This document shows, piece after piece, positions 1 to 12,124 of a stretch of DNA of 25,000 nt. The notes under the pieces are model-generated. The model saw only the letters and a list, made by a program, of their open reading frames with translations. It had not been told where the DNA came from and ran no database searches. Source of the DNA: Takakia lepidozioides (taxonomy: Eukaryota; Plantae; Bryophyta); NCBI GenBank assembly GCA_030704615.1, contig JAKLZA010000054.1:1-25000 (forward strand), in the 5' to 3' direction. The position numbers and the translations under genes are program-made. Within the stretch, counting starts at the first letter, position 1. Every line of letters starts with the position of its first letter.

Positions 1-57
1 GTAAGGTGAAGTGGCTCTTAGTTACGCCGGCCTCGGCCGGAGTCTTCTCTCTCTCTA

Positions 58-245
58 CAACCAAAAGTACTTGAAATTCGTTTTAGCCATATCTCATCAT
101 TTTTTTTCCACATAGCCTATGACCAGATTTGAACCGGAGACCTTTCCCTTGATATCTCTCCTGCCGAGGCTCCAACCATTGTCCCAAGAATGCCCACTTT
201 GCAATTTTTTCGTGAATTTCCAGCAACCCAAAGTACTTGAAATTC
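58..245 (+). repeat. 22-bp dispersed direct repeat
   Basis: CAACCAAAAGTACTTGAAATTC (58-79) and CAACCCAAAGTACTTGAAATTC (224-245), one mismatch. Confidence 0.75.
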
Positions 246-784
246 CACATCTCCCACACCGCAGGTCCAAAAATCGTGAAAAGCCGGTGCACCCCTCCTC
301 GTCGAGGACTTTCCAACGGGACCAAGCACTAAGGGTGGGGCCTTGCAGTTGGGGACATCTCAAATCTACAAAACAAACGTCTCGATTCATATATCCATTA
401 TCATTTGATCTCTGAATAGATGAATGATGCATAGACAATCAGCCATGAATAAAACACATTAAAAACATAAGGTGCATCTGCTCAGCTGGACCCACTCAAG
501 GTATAAGGTACTTCATGCTGCATATGCATGCATACAAATGTAGTCACTGCTCAAGGCCAACAAAAAAAATGGAAAAATGAGTGTAACATGTGCCCCAACT
601 GGGAACTAAGAACTTTCATGTTCCCATTAACTCTCATGGGAACAACCCTTAAGGGCACTTTGGCCAACTTGATGCCTAGTCCCTAGTCCCTACCCTGTCG
701 GGCAGGGCCAATAAAACATAAAGTATACGGTAAGGTGAGTCCCCGACCGAGGGCATTCACTGATTTGAGGGAAATGTGTTCCAT

Positions 785-810
785 AACCCTAGAACTTAGG
801 GCTAGGGTTT
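785..810. promoter_or_regulatory. Telobox-like motifs upstream of the F-box/WD40 start
   Basis: AACCCTAG at 785-792 and TAGGGTTT (reverse complement AAACCCTA) at 803-810, 50-80 nt before ATG 862. The telobox is a known plant promoter/5'UTR element. Confidence 0.5.
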
Positions 811-861
811 CACTCCCCAGACGTTTGGCTATGGTCGGGGAAACCTTGAAGACGGGCAGAG

Positions 862-3800
862 ATGAAGTCTGGAGGAGCGCGGGGTGCTGCGCCAGGGAAG
901 GAAGGGGGAGAGAGGCGGGGTCGCAGGGGGAAGGAAATAGAGGTGTTTGGAGCAGATGCGCTGCTTTTGGTGTTTTCGCGCCTGTCTCCCAGGTCACTGG
1001 CTGCCTGCTCCGTGGTTTGTACGCTCTGGTATGTTACCTGCTTCCTCTCCGGATTTCTGTGTCATGTTCGGTGATTGAATTAGCAGATATTTCTTCTAGA
1101 CGAGCAGTGTGAGAAACGGAATGTGTGGGAAGGTGGTGTGAAATTGAATATAAAGACGATCGTGCGTCGAACCATTCTGCGGGGGCGACCTTTGGAAAAA
1201 TTCCCTTGTCTACGAATTGCTTTTTTGGATCTCGCAATTACTGGCCATCAAATTGTAACTTCCATAAAAATTTGGCTCCAGACCAACTTCTTTCCACGGC
1301 GGGAGTTGTGAAGCTGCTTAGCAGCGGGAATTGGGCTATTTTGAATTTTTAGTATAGTGGTGAGCTGATCCTTTTCTGGAGAGGAGTTCGACAGTTGGAA
1401 ACGGATTTTTGAAGTGGAACTCAACTCTGAATACGTGGCCTTTTAGTAACTGTGGAGAATGTGCTTGTGAAGGGACAGTAATTATCATTCTGTTTGCGTG
1501 TTACAGGCATGATGTGATTCAAGCCTCTCCATTGCTGTGGAATAAGGCATATATGCAGCAGGCGAGCTCATTGAAGGCTAGGTTTGGGCAGCTTAGTGTG
1601 GAGACTATTGCAGCATCAGAGTGGAGGACACGTGCTATTCAGGACCAACAACGGGCACTCCTTGTTCATGGTTCTATGTCTGTGCGGTCATGGAAGGCCC
1701 ACTCTGCAAGGCATGTTTGAATTGTTTTCCTGCAATCCAGGTTATGTTTCTGACTGCGGTGGGTATTATTTTCAACCAGCTTTCTTTATCGGCAAGGAAG
1801 TAAGAAGTTTGTTCAATTCTGGGGATATGGATGCAAGCTTTTACCATGCATGGGTGATTGTGGGTGGAGCAGAGTGAACACCTGCCGCATGATCATGGAC
1901 ACCATCGTGAGTGGCTCTGCTGATCAGGTACAGCTCATCTTCAATCTTTGTACTCATACATTGTGTCCACTGCTGAGCCACATCCATCTTTGCTCTTTTC
2001 TTTTCCCTCGGCGCCCCCCCCCCCCCCCCCCGGTTAGTTCATTCTACTTTTCCGCTTATCTCTCTGTGCTCTCTTTTGGGTTGCGCATTTTGTAGACCAT
2101 ACGAGTTTGGTCTGTCAATTCACTGCATTGTACGGAGGAGTATAAGCTTCTTGGCAAAGGCCCTGTTGTTGATCTTGAGTTCGATGAGAACAAGGTGAGT
2201 GCTTGGGTGTTTGCCTTTATTCTGAGTGGTGTGTACTGTCCTATTTGGTGCATGCCTGGAGTTTATCTGCATTAATTAAATGCAAAAACAGACTGTCGGA
2301 AAATTTAAATTGAAACCCTTCCAGGGCCGACTGTCACAGATATTCGACCCCCAGACCTGCCCTGCCAAATTCTTGCGCGATACCAGTGGGCTAGCCATAT
2401 ACACATGCAAATATTATGCTTTTTTATTATTTATCATGATCATTGCCGGAACTCCAGAAGTTCCAAAAGCCTGCCGGACCCCTTTGTCAAGAAAAATTAA
2501 TTAGTCCAGCAGGGTCCTGACGAATAGCATGGGCAAGTACGGTACTCACGAAAATGAGAGAAAATACTTTCAATGTTGACTGAAGCAGATAATGGCAGCA
2601 GCAGGTTCTGAGGTCTGGGTATGGAGTCGCAATGGTAAACGACGTGTGATTCGCCGGATGGGGGGCCATGATCAGCGGTTACATTGCATGTGGTAGGGTC
2701 TTCCCTCATCTTACGCTGAGTTGAGAGTTGAGCAAGCAGGTTGTCACACATCAACATATGTTCAAAGCATTGTATTCATACTCCCTTGCATGTCTTACTG
2801 TGCACTTTACATATATGGATTGTGGACAGCTTTGACAAGTGACTGCATAACAAGGATACTTTTCTAAATTCATATTGTGCATTCCTGAGCGTCCATGTAT
2901 GGAGATGTAGATAAAAGTTGGAACTGAGCTAGCATTGGTTACAAATGTGCAGCTATATGGACCCAGAGGTGGCAGTCGGTTGTGGAGATGGAACCACACG
3001 TGTCTACGATATGTACAGTGGTCTCTGCTCTCGTATTTTCAGGTTGCCTCTTGCATCATTGCGTGCGTAGGAAAAGAGGGAAGAGGGACTGATCAAAGGC
3101 ATTTATGTTCTGCTGTAAGAACAGTTGCTGTAGCCTGGTGGTTAGACCTCTTGGACTTTCTTCAACAGTCCCACCAGATGATGATTGTCTACATGGTAAA
3201 CATCCTTTGGCACATGCGAAGACACCAAACACAGAAAAAGAAAGGAATGTACTATTCTCTAGATTAAGTCCCTGTTCCTCAGGCCGATCGTGGGTTATCT
3301 ATCCAGAAAATTCGATGATTCCAACTGTGCTTCCACGGCCACAGAGAGAGATTACTCCAGCTGAAGCCAGCATCAAAATGAGCCTCTTCCCTCACAGCCA
3401 AGAAAATCCAGTTATGTTGTTTGGTAATTTGGTGACTGGAGGAAGTAAACATGGGAGAGATTTGAGAGAGAGGGAGCTACTCCCCAGCCTTGTAGCCGTG
3501 AAGCCTTGACCACATTTTTTGGAGCAGGAAGAGGGAAATCTATGGGAAGCCAATAGTTTTTCCAGTGATAGCCTTTCCCTTCTTGAGCCACAAGCCTACA
3601 AGCTTCTCACTGCGTGGCAATAGTGTAGCTTTGCCCGCATCAACGTACAAACAAAGTGCATACTGCAGTCAATATCAAACTGACAAATTTAGTTTGCAGC
3701 CCCCAAATTCCAAAGCTGAATTACGGAGCCCTCACGTTACATGTGCATTCGTACAGTCTGTCAAAAGGTAAGAAGTAGTAGCATTGCAAACTTGTCATGA

Positions 3801-5228
3801 GAGTTTCCGACCTGGTTCTTGGCGATTAACCTGCCGAGGGAACTCTTCTAAGTACTCCCCTCCCTTCACAGTGGCCGAATGCCAAAAGTGGAAGTGGTTC
3901 AGAAGCACTAAGAGGAAGTAGAGAGCACTCCGCCGATAATATTGTGGGAGGGTGATGGGGTGTTGTAGGCAGCACTCTGGAGCTGTGACGAGTGTGGCGT
4001 TCGATGTTGTCACACAGCTGATGGCCAGTGGGTCACATGATGGGACAGTACAGTTGTATGATGGCTCGTCAGGGAAGCATGTTGCCTGCCTTTTGCCATC
4101 TTCATGTCCTATAGGTAATGCATTCTCAGCTTGTTGCTACAGTAATGGATCAAGATGCCCACTTCACCTTGAATTTCCCAGTGAGTGACAAGGACAATTA
4201 ACAAATAATTTCTTCGGTTTCTGTTTCTTTACAGTTAAATGATGTGCTTGGGTATGTTGTCTGTTTATACAATACTTGTATGTCCTCACATCCCCGCAGT
4301 AAACGTTTGCTTGTACTGTTTTGTAGTTTTTCCCTCTGGCTTGATTTAAATGTTATTCCCAAGTAGTGTCTTATTTTAGTTTCGGGGAGGGATGTAGCAG
4401 GGGTAAACTGCATGCAGATGGGCCTGAATGGCCATAATGTCTTTGCTGGAACAACAATAGGTGGCTTATATTGTTGGGATCTAAGGTAAGAGAATCTTTT
4501 ATCTGTGTGTGTCTGTTATATGGATGGACAAGTTTATTGATGCTGATATAGAACCAGTTCTGAAGTCATTGACAGATTGCACTCGAATATTATTTCGTGG
4601 CTATCTTTGCAAGGTCTGTGGATGGGGATTTTGAATACTTCGAGAGTTAGGGACTCTCATGATGGGAGAGTAGAGATGAAAGCCAATGAGTTCATAACCT
4701 AATTCTTTTGTCTATCTTCATCATAAATTGAAAATATAATAAATACAAAGTTAAATACGTGTAAATCTACATTTCCATAGAAGAGAACTGTATACAGTTT
4801 ACATACATAGCCATCTCCGCCTTGTCTTTTCTGACCAGAGTTTTCACTTTAGGTATCCAAGGCTTGTATGGGAGAAGCGAGTTAGCAACAATGCAGTCAT
4901 GAGCCTGCATTCACAAGCATATGCTCCAGCAACCCTCATTGTAGGCGGCCTGGATGGGGTGGTGCGTGTGGTAGATGCTACCTCTGGAACTTTGCTTTCT
5001 GGGTGTACACCCATTTCTGCCCTTTCCCCTACTTCCCATGGCTCTTCTCAGAATGCTGTGCGAAACACCTATGTCCATGTCACCAATGAGGAGTGTGCCC
5101 GACACCAGGCAGGAAAGGGGTCTGTGCCCGGCCCATACTCTTCCATTTTATGTTTGAGGCTTGGCCTGACACGCCTACTTATGTCACACGCTGATGCCAC
5201 TATTACACTTTGTGAATTCAGTTTATGA
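862..5228 (+). CDS. F-box/WD40-repeat protein (resembles the Arabidopsis At3g52030 type), 9 exons, ~441 aa
   Basis: Hand-spliced exons: 862-1028, 1507-1710, 1873-1927, 2096-2194, 2589-2692, 2953-3042, 3969-4114, 4401-4485, 4853-5228 (1326 nt, continuous frame, TGA at 5226-5228). N-terminal F-box (FGADALLLVFSRLSPRSLAACSVVCTLW). WD40 blades: WKAHSARVNTCRM..IVSGSADQTIRVWS, VAVGCGDGTTRVYD, HSGAVTSV..MASGSHDGTVQLYD, GGLYCWDLR, GGLDGVVRVVD. All introns GT-AG except intron 2 (GC-AG). Confidence 0.9.
2014..2031 (+). repeat. Poly-C tract (C18) in F-box intron 3
   Basis: Homopolymer read directly. Confidence 0.9.
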
Positions 5229-6082
5229 TTGGGCCTGACTGTTACATTACTTTTAGTTACTAGCCTGGCCCACAATTATGTGTATAGTGATGCAGTATTG
5301 TTGCCTGCCGATGAAATTTGTGTAGGAAGCAAGCGTAACTTATGGTGTCACTTCAACCGGAATGACTACTGCCTTCCGTGCGGTTGCCCAACCCCCTCCC
5401 CAAGGACTCAAAAGCCCCACACATTAACCATTTGACCTGGGCACCTCACTTGTATGGTTGGATTGGCCATAATGAGGTGATATCCAATGTACACAAGTTC
5501 TAAGGTGTCCTTGTGCCCTAAGCCATCTGTTGGATGCTGTCAATAAGATCATGGTCTTGTTCCAATCTTTGATAGCATCAGATTCTTTTGTAGAAGATGC
5601 TATTGTTTCCTCAGCAACTCATATTGGATGTAATATATAAGCTGTAGCCCCTACCTTGAGCTGGCTATATTCCCACAAGAATCCGAAATATGGCGTGAAC
5701 CATCTACCTTTGTAATAATCAATTGAAATGTCAACAAAGGAAACTTCCCCACTAAAAAAGACATGACATAGAACATGTCGACTAGCATAGTAGAAAACAC
5801 TTTCACAGACAGTTCAGTTTATCATATATAAACATGTCAAAAAACTCACTGTGTATGGAGTGAATATAACCAGAGAGTTGCAAGGTGGGTTGCCTTCAGT
5901 GAGTAAGTTATCCCACCAGAGCCCAGGAATGCAAAGGGCCCATCAGAGGTGTTAGACACAGATACTGCTTTTGAAGCAATCCGGAGTGTACTAAATGCAT
6001 TCATGGTTAGTAAATATGGACCTCAACGGCTCAATGACAGTTCTTAGGAGAGGCAGTGTTGCACTGTTTCAGGCTAAGGTTT

Positions 6083-7330
6083 CTACAAGTATTGCAAGAC
6101 CATAGCCTCCGCTATTGTAACAGCTTTGTCGCGACCAAATAATTTCTCGACAATTGCCAAAGCAAATTCCATGGCAGTACCAGGACCTTGGCTGGTCACA
6201 AGCAGCCCATCAATCACCACCCTGCCCTCCACTGCACTCTGGTCTTTTAACTTGCTCACAAATCCTGGGTGACATGTTGCTTTCTTGCCCTGTACACCCA
6301 TCAGGTCCTCTTCTCAGCCACAATGCGACTAGAGATTAGCATACGTCTAAACGGTTGTGGTACTGTCAATGCAATCTCAAGTCTATGTGCAATCACCTGT
6401 AGCAAGTTGTGGGCCTGCAGCACCACAGCTGGTGCAGCACAGATTGCCCCATATACTCTTCCTCCCTCAGCCTGTTCTTGCAAAAGCTTTGTCAAAGTCT
6501 TTGAACTCCACAACCGCTCAGCCCCTGGCATGCCCCCCTATACCTCCCATGTGCAAAATTTGTCAAATTCAACTGCATCTTTGCACCTCCACAAATCACT
6601 TCAGAAGTGAGTGGGTATATGTAGGGGTTGAGAATTAAGGACAGCGTGCCACAGCATCTCAACATTTTGAAAACCCTGAATCAAACTGTACCTTGCTTGT
6701 CTGTTCGTTGTCTGCTGGAGAACACATGTATTTATTTAAAGATTCAACACAAACCAAGTACCCAAAACGTTTGCTGTTTCAGCACTACGTTAAAAGCAGG
6801 TGTGGCGGATTCTGCCACTTTTTTGGCCTAATTCTCAGGCCGAATCGGCAACCAAGGGCAGAATCGGCAGGGATGGCCGATTACGCACAGAGGACGGCAG
6901 ACCTACCACCGAGGCCCATGTCATCAGCCATCAACCCACCCCACTTCCCCTGAGGCTCGCCCCGTTTATATCTTCTCCGGGGCTCTGAATCTGGGCAATC
7001 GATATGGGATAATCGAACCTCAATCATATTGCGCCACGTAGCGGCGAGAATCCGCCCCACCTGCTTTTAACGCCAGTGAACGGGCCGCGTTGGCCGACTC
7101 TGCCCTGTGCTCGGCCATAGGGCTCGCCCAAAGGCCGCTTACAGGGCAGAATCGGGCAAACACGGCCCGTTCTCTAGTACTTCAATGTCACTGGTTCAAT
7201 TGAGGCAGAGAAGTTGATAGAAAATGTGAGCTTGAGCTTTGAGTACAATCACACTTTCTGAGATTCTAATAATCAACTATCTCCTCCACTAGCTTTCCCT
7301 GTCTTGTCTAAGTGACTTCCCTACAACACG

Positions 7331-7366
<36 letters not shown>

Positions 7367-9548
7367 GGGGGGGGGGTTTGTGCTGTACCGGCAAGAGGAT
7401 AAGGTCAAAGGTGGTCCCAAGAATATCAGAGAGGAGGTGGTCAGCCACAAGCTTGACGTGACGAGAGGCCACGATGGTGGCCTCACTTTCTACAGAGGCT
7501 ACCACCACCTCCGCACCAGCTCTGCGAAGAACATCGACAATAATCACCACTTCCATTTCCTCACTTCCATGAGCCACTGGCACCAACACCTGCCATGCAT
7601 GCAATTACCAAGTCACACCAAAAGTTCACAAAGCTCTTTACTCATGACCAAGTACGCTGGTGTAAAGGGACTGGCTTACGGTAGGGACAGCTGGGGCAGA
7701 CCACATCTGTTCATTGTACTTCTGCTTTGCAAACTCCTTGGCATTCTCTGTCGGTAGCACCTGCATACCCCACAATGTTAGACTTCACCTCATGGTGTCT
7801 CAAACCATGCAGGCAGGAGGAACTAATCAAGGCTAAAAATTCCATTCACAAATTGAAATCTCACTTAGCAGCCAAAGAAACATGACCTTCTGTTCCATGC
7901 AATTAGTTCAGAAAGATATCTGTGCAGCTAAATATGCCATGGCAACACAAATTAAGCCCATGAGAGCACAGTTTGATCCACCCAGGGATACTTACATACG
8001 CACACACAAACACATACGCACATGCAAAGGCCCGCTCTCTGTCACTGCCGAATGGGAGTCAAAACATAACTGTTGTAGGGTTGTTTCTACAGGGCCAGGG
8101 GTATCTGCTTCAACAGAACTAGATAACAAACTAGGAATTCATGTCAAGCTCAAGATAGGAGTGGCAAAACCAGTAGATCTCTAGACGATGGAGTGGAGCG
8201 CACCAAGTTGGAAGATACATTTGTAGCCTTATCTGTGCCATACAGTTGTGCAACCAGGGCCAAAGCAAACTCAAAGGCAGTGCCAGGTCCGCGGCTAGTG
8301 ATGAGAACCCCATCCTGCACAACTTTCTTTTCCACTGCTGTCGCTTGCTTCAACTTGTCTGCAAAAGACGGGTGGCAGGTGGCCTTGCCCACCCTTACTC
8401 AGTCAGATCCCCCCTTGGGCCATTTAATAAAACCCCTTCTCTCCTCTTGTTCTTTGTGCATGCGAAAAAAGACGATTGCAAGCATGGATAGACCTACCTG
8501 AAGGTCTTCCAAGAGACCCCAGGTTTGTAGAGCTACAACTGGGGCAGCACACATGGCAGCATAGGGCCGCTGAGACTTGGCCTGGGATTCTGTGATTTTC
8601 TGCAGCACTTTCGAGTCTCGCAATCGCTCTGCACCTGGCATGCCCCCCTAGGAGCCAACGAAGCGAGTAAAAACTCTCCAGTATTGGAGAATTTGTCTTC
8701 AGCATTGGACTATCACAACTACACAATGCAAGAATATCAGCTCGAATTACCGGGTGTCAAAATCACGCTGCTCAAGCCTGCAATTGTTAAGTTAGTCACA
8801 ATACAAGTTAACAACGAAACGCAAACTGGAATTCAACATTCCAATGTCTTGCTACCATCAATGCATGTTTCCGCTTATAATGAAAGCGTGAGGGTACCCA
8901 AGCTTCCAAAGGACAAAGACCCAGGGATCTTACATCAAAGAATCGAGCTTACTTTGAAGGGCTAGTCCTTCCAAAAAAAACAATGCTTCGCATCATTGGC
9001 AAGTGACAGTGTGTTTGCATTTCTTAATTTCTCTTCTGCAGCCCGGCGAACATATGCAGACGGCTGTACCACTCTTCACCTTCCGCCTACGCAAGCCAGC
9101 AGGCACTGCAGCAAGCAAGAAGATACGCGAAAATAACAAAGGCAATGAAGCTGCAGCTTACCGGTAGAACCACAAGGTCAAATTGCTGGCCCTCACACGC
9201 AGAGATGAGAGTATCAGCAACCATCGTAACCTTTCTGGAAGCCACAATCTGCAGCTCGTCTTCTACAGAGGCGACGGTAACATTGGCGCCAGCCCTGCGC
9301 AAGATGTCAATGAGAATCACCGCCTCCATTTCTTCGCTACTGTTTGCAACTGGCACCAACACCTTTCTCTCCACAGATGGATCCATCACAAGCCGGCGCT
9401 CTGCCGCAGCGTCTACAGATACACTGGACACACACCGGATGTGCCTTGGCCTAAATGCACAAAGTGCAGGAAGGCGGGTGAAAGACGAGGTGCTGCAGCG
9501 CCAAGAATACGATGCAGGCCAAGAAAGCGTTTTGCAGGCCAGCGCCAT
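6083..9548 (-). CDS. DJ1C: DJ-1/PfpI family protein with two DJ-1 domains and a predicted plastid transit peptide (DJ1C-like), 7 exons, ~448 aa
   Basis: Exons (minus): 9548-9162, 8647-8498, 8383-8204, 7760-7680, 7589-7389, 6537-6397, 6289-6083 (1347 nt, all GT-AG, all phase 0). Two repeats of VLVPVA..SEEME.V...D.LRRAGA.V.VASVE, LPGGMPGAERL, A(M/I)CAAP, ATCHP.F, TS.GPGTA.EFALA. S/R/A-rich N-terminus MALACKTLSWPASYSWRCSTSSFTR. The DJ1C versus DJ1A/B subfamily call is by recall of motif style. Confidence 0.9.
6783..7177. mobile_element. GC-rich non-autonomous foldback element (MITE-like or Helitron/Helentron-like) in DJ-1 intron 5
   Basis: IR pair 1: CACTACGTTAAAAGCAGGTGTGGCGGATTCT (6783-) versus AGAATCCGCCCCACCTGCTTTTAACGCCAGTG (-7078). 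IR pair 2: CCAGTGAACGGGCCGCGTTGGCCGACTCTGCCCTGT (7073-) versus ACAGGGCAGAATCGGGCAAACACGGCCCGTTCTCTAG (7141-7177). CpG-rich compared with the flanking intron. No clear TSD. Confidence 0.65.
7336..7376 (+). repeat. (AG)n microsatellite plus G11 run beside the DJ-1 exon 5 donor
   Basis: Read directly. On the transcript this is a C-run followed by (CT)n just inside the 5' end of intron 5. Confidence 0.9.
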
Positions 9549-12124
9549 CGCACCGCCTCTCTCTGTCTCTCTGAGAGTTCGGACACACGGAAACAAAGAT
9601 TTGGGTCTTTCATTTGTTACATTTCTTGCTACATTTGTGGGGTGTGTTTGCTTTTCTTCAATTGGGTTGTATACTTTGGAGCTGTGTAAACATACAGTTG
9701 AAAATTTCATGCAACTTCAAAATGGATCCATCAATGATGGACATCCTCACAGCTTTGAGTTGCTGGATCATGACGGCTACCTAACATGACGTTGATCACT
9801 GTGGGGTGATGGTCTCTTGTCTCTTCCTGCTACATTGCTTGATCCCAGATAACTGGGACTAGGAAAGGTAAGAGCACACAAGTGAAAGGCTACACACTGT
9901 TTGTGAGACTCGTGTTAGTCTGGATAGCAAGGCAATTTGCTTATATACAGACACCCTCTTCATCAGTTCTGCAAACTTGATCTGTGAAGTTGCCAGTAGA
10001 CACCTGGCTACACCATAGATTGAATATGGGAGTGGTCGCTTCAATCATGTTTGTGAGCTGACTTGCAAACTTCGAAAGCAGAATTCGTGCTTATCCAAAA
10101 GTAGAGATAGAGCAAGCTGGAATGCACAACAAACTCAAAATAAACACTTCAAACCTGAGTGAAAGAAAAGCAGTATGCCTTGCTGCTTTACAACAACAAG
10201 TGACAAGTGACAGATTTACAAGCCTGACATTTAACCATTGGAAACTGTCTCTAGATAAAGACTTTCCTACAACATCTTATGAGTACATTCTTCTCTCTCT
10301 ATCTCTCTCTCTACCCACCCCCGGCACTACACTGAAATTTAAACTCAGGGCGGGAACCCTACCTTTGAACAACAATAAACAGATGCAGAGAGGACGAGGA
10401 GACTGTAATTGCCCGATGTCCGAGCAGCCTGAAGACAATATCCATTTTCTTTTCCTACTTCCCATCGCTTCTAATTGTGTAATGCCCCAGATGAACTAGT
10501 CTATTACATTGGATGCATTGTATGGAAGCTAATTTGTACATAAAGAATTTGCCTACTCCACTTCTGGTCAGTCAATTCAAAAAACGGTTGACCAAGTTAC
10601 TGGAGCAGTCTTCCTTATTCATGACTGCATATTCCAACAAAAGTTAACTAAGCTCTGTTCCAACTTATCAAATAGTCTGAGGCATGTTGCACCTAGAGAA
10701 ACCAAAATCCGTACCTTTCAAAAAGCATACGGCTACTTGGTAGATGTTGTTGCTTAAGTAGAATGGTGAAGTTCGTTCATTGCCTTCCCCAAGCCTGCTG
10801 AAACCAATTGTCCTTGCCTGGAGATGTTCTTCAAGTTTTTTTGCTGATCTCTATAAGTCGGTTCTGCATGGGGAGCCGTTCCAGATTGTTGTGACCAATA
10901 TGAAGGAATTGGAGAGAAACGAAAGCCTGTAGTTTCATGGCTACAGATGAAACCACAGGATTTTATTCCCCCTCAACTGCATCCTGTTGGTCACCATCCA
11001 TCTGTAACGGCTCCTCAACAGACTTGATGCCACCTATCTGATATGAAGGATCAGATATAGTTGAAGAAAACCATGTTGGGCTACTTGGTGGCTCCCACGC
11101 CTCCAGACGGCCAAACAAATCCAAGCACACGTTCAAAACAGGCTTAACCCGGGTAACTGCAGATCCAGTAGCACCTCATCCCACGCAAAGCTGGGATTCA
11201 GAGATTTGAAATAGAATGTGACTCAACCGAGCTGTAACTCTGGCTGCAGTACTGCATTTCTAAAACACTGTACACTACAACACAAAACCAGTGGACAACA
11301 TTTCCCTCAAAGATTTATAGAGTCTTCTCACTCTCTATTGTATACTGGTCTGTTATCTGTGTAGGTGGAGTCTTTGAGGTTTCACATACAGGATCAATAT
11401 ACCATCTATGCAAACAATATGAGGGAAATGTTAATGTCGTAAACTGATCAAACCATTACCATCTATGTGACGTATACTCTTTCAGGAAAAGTTGCAAACT
11501 GGCATACAATCTCTTAGAAATGTTTTGGTGCATATTGGCACAAACCAGTATTTAGGCAATGTGTACACTTCTACTGTAACTTATGTATCATTTGTGTAGC
11601 TCTCCGGCAGATATTACTGTAGGTAGTCTTTCAGAAAATGTCATATAGTAGTCTGGTAAGTGAAGCTCCATTTTGAAGATCCTTGAGGTAGAAGCACATT
11701 GATGGGGGTCATCTACAGGAACAAAGAAAAACCTCAAACGGACCGATAAAAGTGAGCTCAGCTTTGACCAACCTCAAAAGGTAATATGTACATAGACACG
11801 CATTTTGTCATAGAATTTCATGGGCATTGCAGAGGATAATCAAGCAGCCACAACCCTATTCAAGCTGCACTGCCCAGGTGCTTTCCCATTGGAAGTATAG
11901 CAGGCAAGAACATATTGGAACTTCCAACCCTGGATCAGAAAAATCCACACCTGGTCCCAAACCCGGTAAACCCGCATGTAGCCCGATGCTTGCTTTCCAC
12001 CACATAAATTCATCATGTGAGAGAAAAAGTACGTGACCACTCAGTGTCAATACATCGCATAAGCTGCCTCCAGCCGTGCAAGAAGGAAAGAGGCGGATGC
12101 AACCCTAAAGATGACGACAATCGA

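Noticed and set aside
83-438. Overlapping short ORFs at the window start
   Set aside because: No recognisable domain or splice-supported model. May be the leader or intron of a gene outside the window.
735-1112. 125-aa ORF overlapping F-box exon 1
   Set aside because: Alternative frame of the GC-rich first exon; the F-box motif is in the 862 frame.
2268-2505. Possible small transposon in F-box intron 4 (ATTAATTA at both ends)
   Set aside because: No convincing TIR or TSD could be defined by eye.
9549-9710. 54-codon in-frame extension upstream of the DJ-1 start
   Set aside because: The Met at 9548 follows a GA-rich leader and begins a typical transit peptide; the extension looks like UTR or promoter sequence.
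9145-9789. 214-aa and 168-aa plus-strand ORFs
   Set aside because: Antisense shadows of DJ-1 exon 1.
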